From assembly GCA_028023455.1 (NCBI GenBank), contig JAQFVV010000007.1, forward strand, positions 18,166,001 through 18,230,000: DNA of 64,000 nucleotides, given 5' to 3'. A program made the translations under genes and the position numbers. Source of the DNA: Epiperipatus broadwayi (lineage: Eukaryota; Animalia; Onychophora). Positions 63,108 through 64,000 of the stretch are shown one piece after another (within the stretch, counting starts at the first letter, position 1; every line of letters starts with the position of its first letter). Below the pieces are notes generated by a model. The model ran no database searches. It saw only the letters and a list, made by a program, of their open reading frames with translations, and was not told the DNA's origin.

Positions 63108-63502
63108 AAATATTTGATCTACAGGCATTTTTATATATTTGGAGCTTAATTGTAAATATAGGTGATTTGAACTCAGACTTTCAAGCACCCTTCAAGCTAT
63201 CCACACTATCTCATACCACTGATACACATGACCACACACATGTAGAAATGATAAATAATCACCAATACATGTATTTTGTGCTAAACCAGCACTTATCAGT
63301 TTGTCAAGATTATTAATTGAGCACTGATTATATCTATATGTGTGGGAGATGATAATCTGGACCAAATGATGAGGGCTGGTTCAGCACAAAATACATGTAT
63401 TGGTGATTATTTATGTTTTCTACATGTGTGTGGTCATGTGTATCAGTTGTATGAAATAGTAGTTGAAAGATGCTTGAAATTCTGAGTTCAAATCTCCTAT
63501 AT
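63108..63502 (-). mobile_element. Family-B fold-back insertion with perfect 15-bp TSD; degenerate HHRs at 63261-63304 (minus) and 63361-63404 (plus)
   Basis: TSD atatatattgtatat (63093-63107, 63503-63517); long minus arm 63108-63318 with 48-nt tail; short plus arm 63319-63502. Confidence 0.85.
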
Positions 63503-64000
63503 ATATATATTGTATATGTAATTATTTTTTTAAAGTGTTGTTTTCTTTTTCTTCATTAATTTTGGGTATCGTGAATAAAAAAATATATATATATATATAT
63601 TTTTTTAAATGTATTTAAAGGTCGAATACAAGATTTATTAATAGTGGCAAATAACATGCACACAATGATGGATCTGGGTTAAGTGTAATGGTTTACTATC
63701 AACACAGGTGCAACCTGTATACTGTTATAAATGTTAAAACTACATACCATTATAAATGGAAATCCGTCATACATTATAAATAGTGCACCAACTTAGGTTC
63801 AAACTATTAACTGTTATAATGTATATAATTAAAGAAACTCTTATTCAAATTAAATGCACTAAAAAGTAAAAAATAAATTTTCTTCCATTTTCACAGTGTT
63901 TTTGATATTATGTAACTAAAAATAAGTCATGGGATGCTTATGTTTAGAAACTGTTTAACATATATTTACAAGTTATACGTAAGTTATCATTTCATGATTT

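Overview
AT-rich eukaryotic genomic DNA, probably invertebrate/arthropod-like (a DRE motif and CpG-retaining patches in a CpG-depleted background; the species cannot be determined). It is dominated by transposable elements. These include a full-length but decayed Ty3/Gypsy element with about 2.9-kb LTRs (45456-58072, minus), a pol-less LTR element with about 1.7-kb LTRs (32483-36992), several RTE LINE fragments, a pogo/Tigger element with nested MITEs, tRNA-derived SINEs, and a decayed Penelope-like element (PLE; RT plus GIY-YIG, about 26900-28800). Only scattered candidate host exons are visible and no host gene could be named. Main discovery: about 18 type-I minimal hammerhead ribozyme (HHR) cores, belonging to at least three sequence-unrelated non-coding repeat families. 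Two cores are intact (22816-22857 minus, 23348-23389 plus). Four insertions, two from each of families A and B, share one geometry: 12-15 bp TSD, short inverted arm, long arm ending about 156-162 nt downstream of the predicted cleavage site, and a 36-48 nt tail. One copy contains 1.2 units of a 456-nt monomer read through an intact cleavage site. This points to retrozyme-like (possibly circular) RNAs mobilised in trans by Penelope machinery. All alignments and counts were done by eye; no database searches were run.
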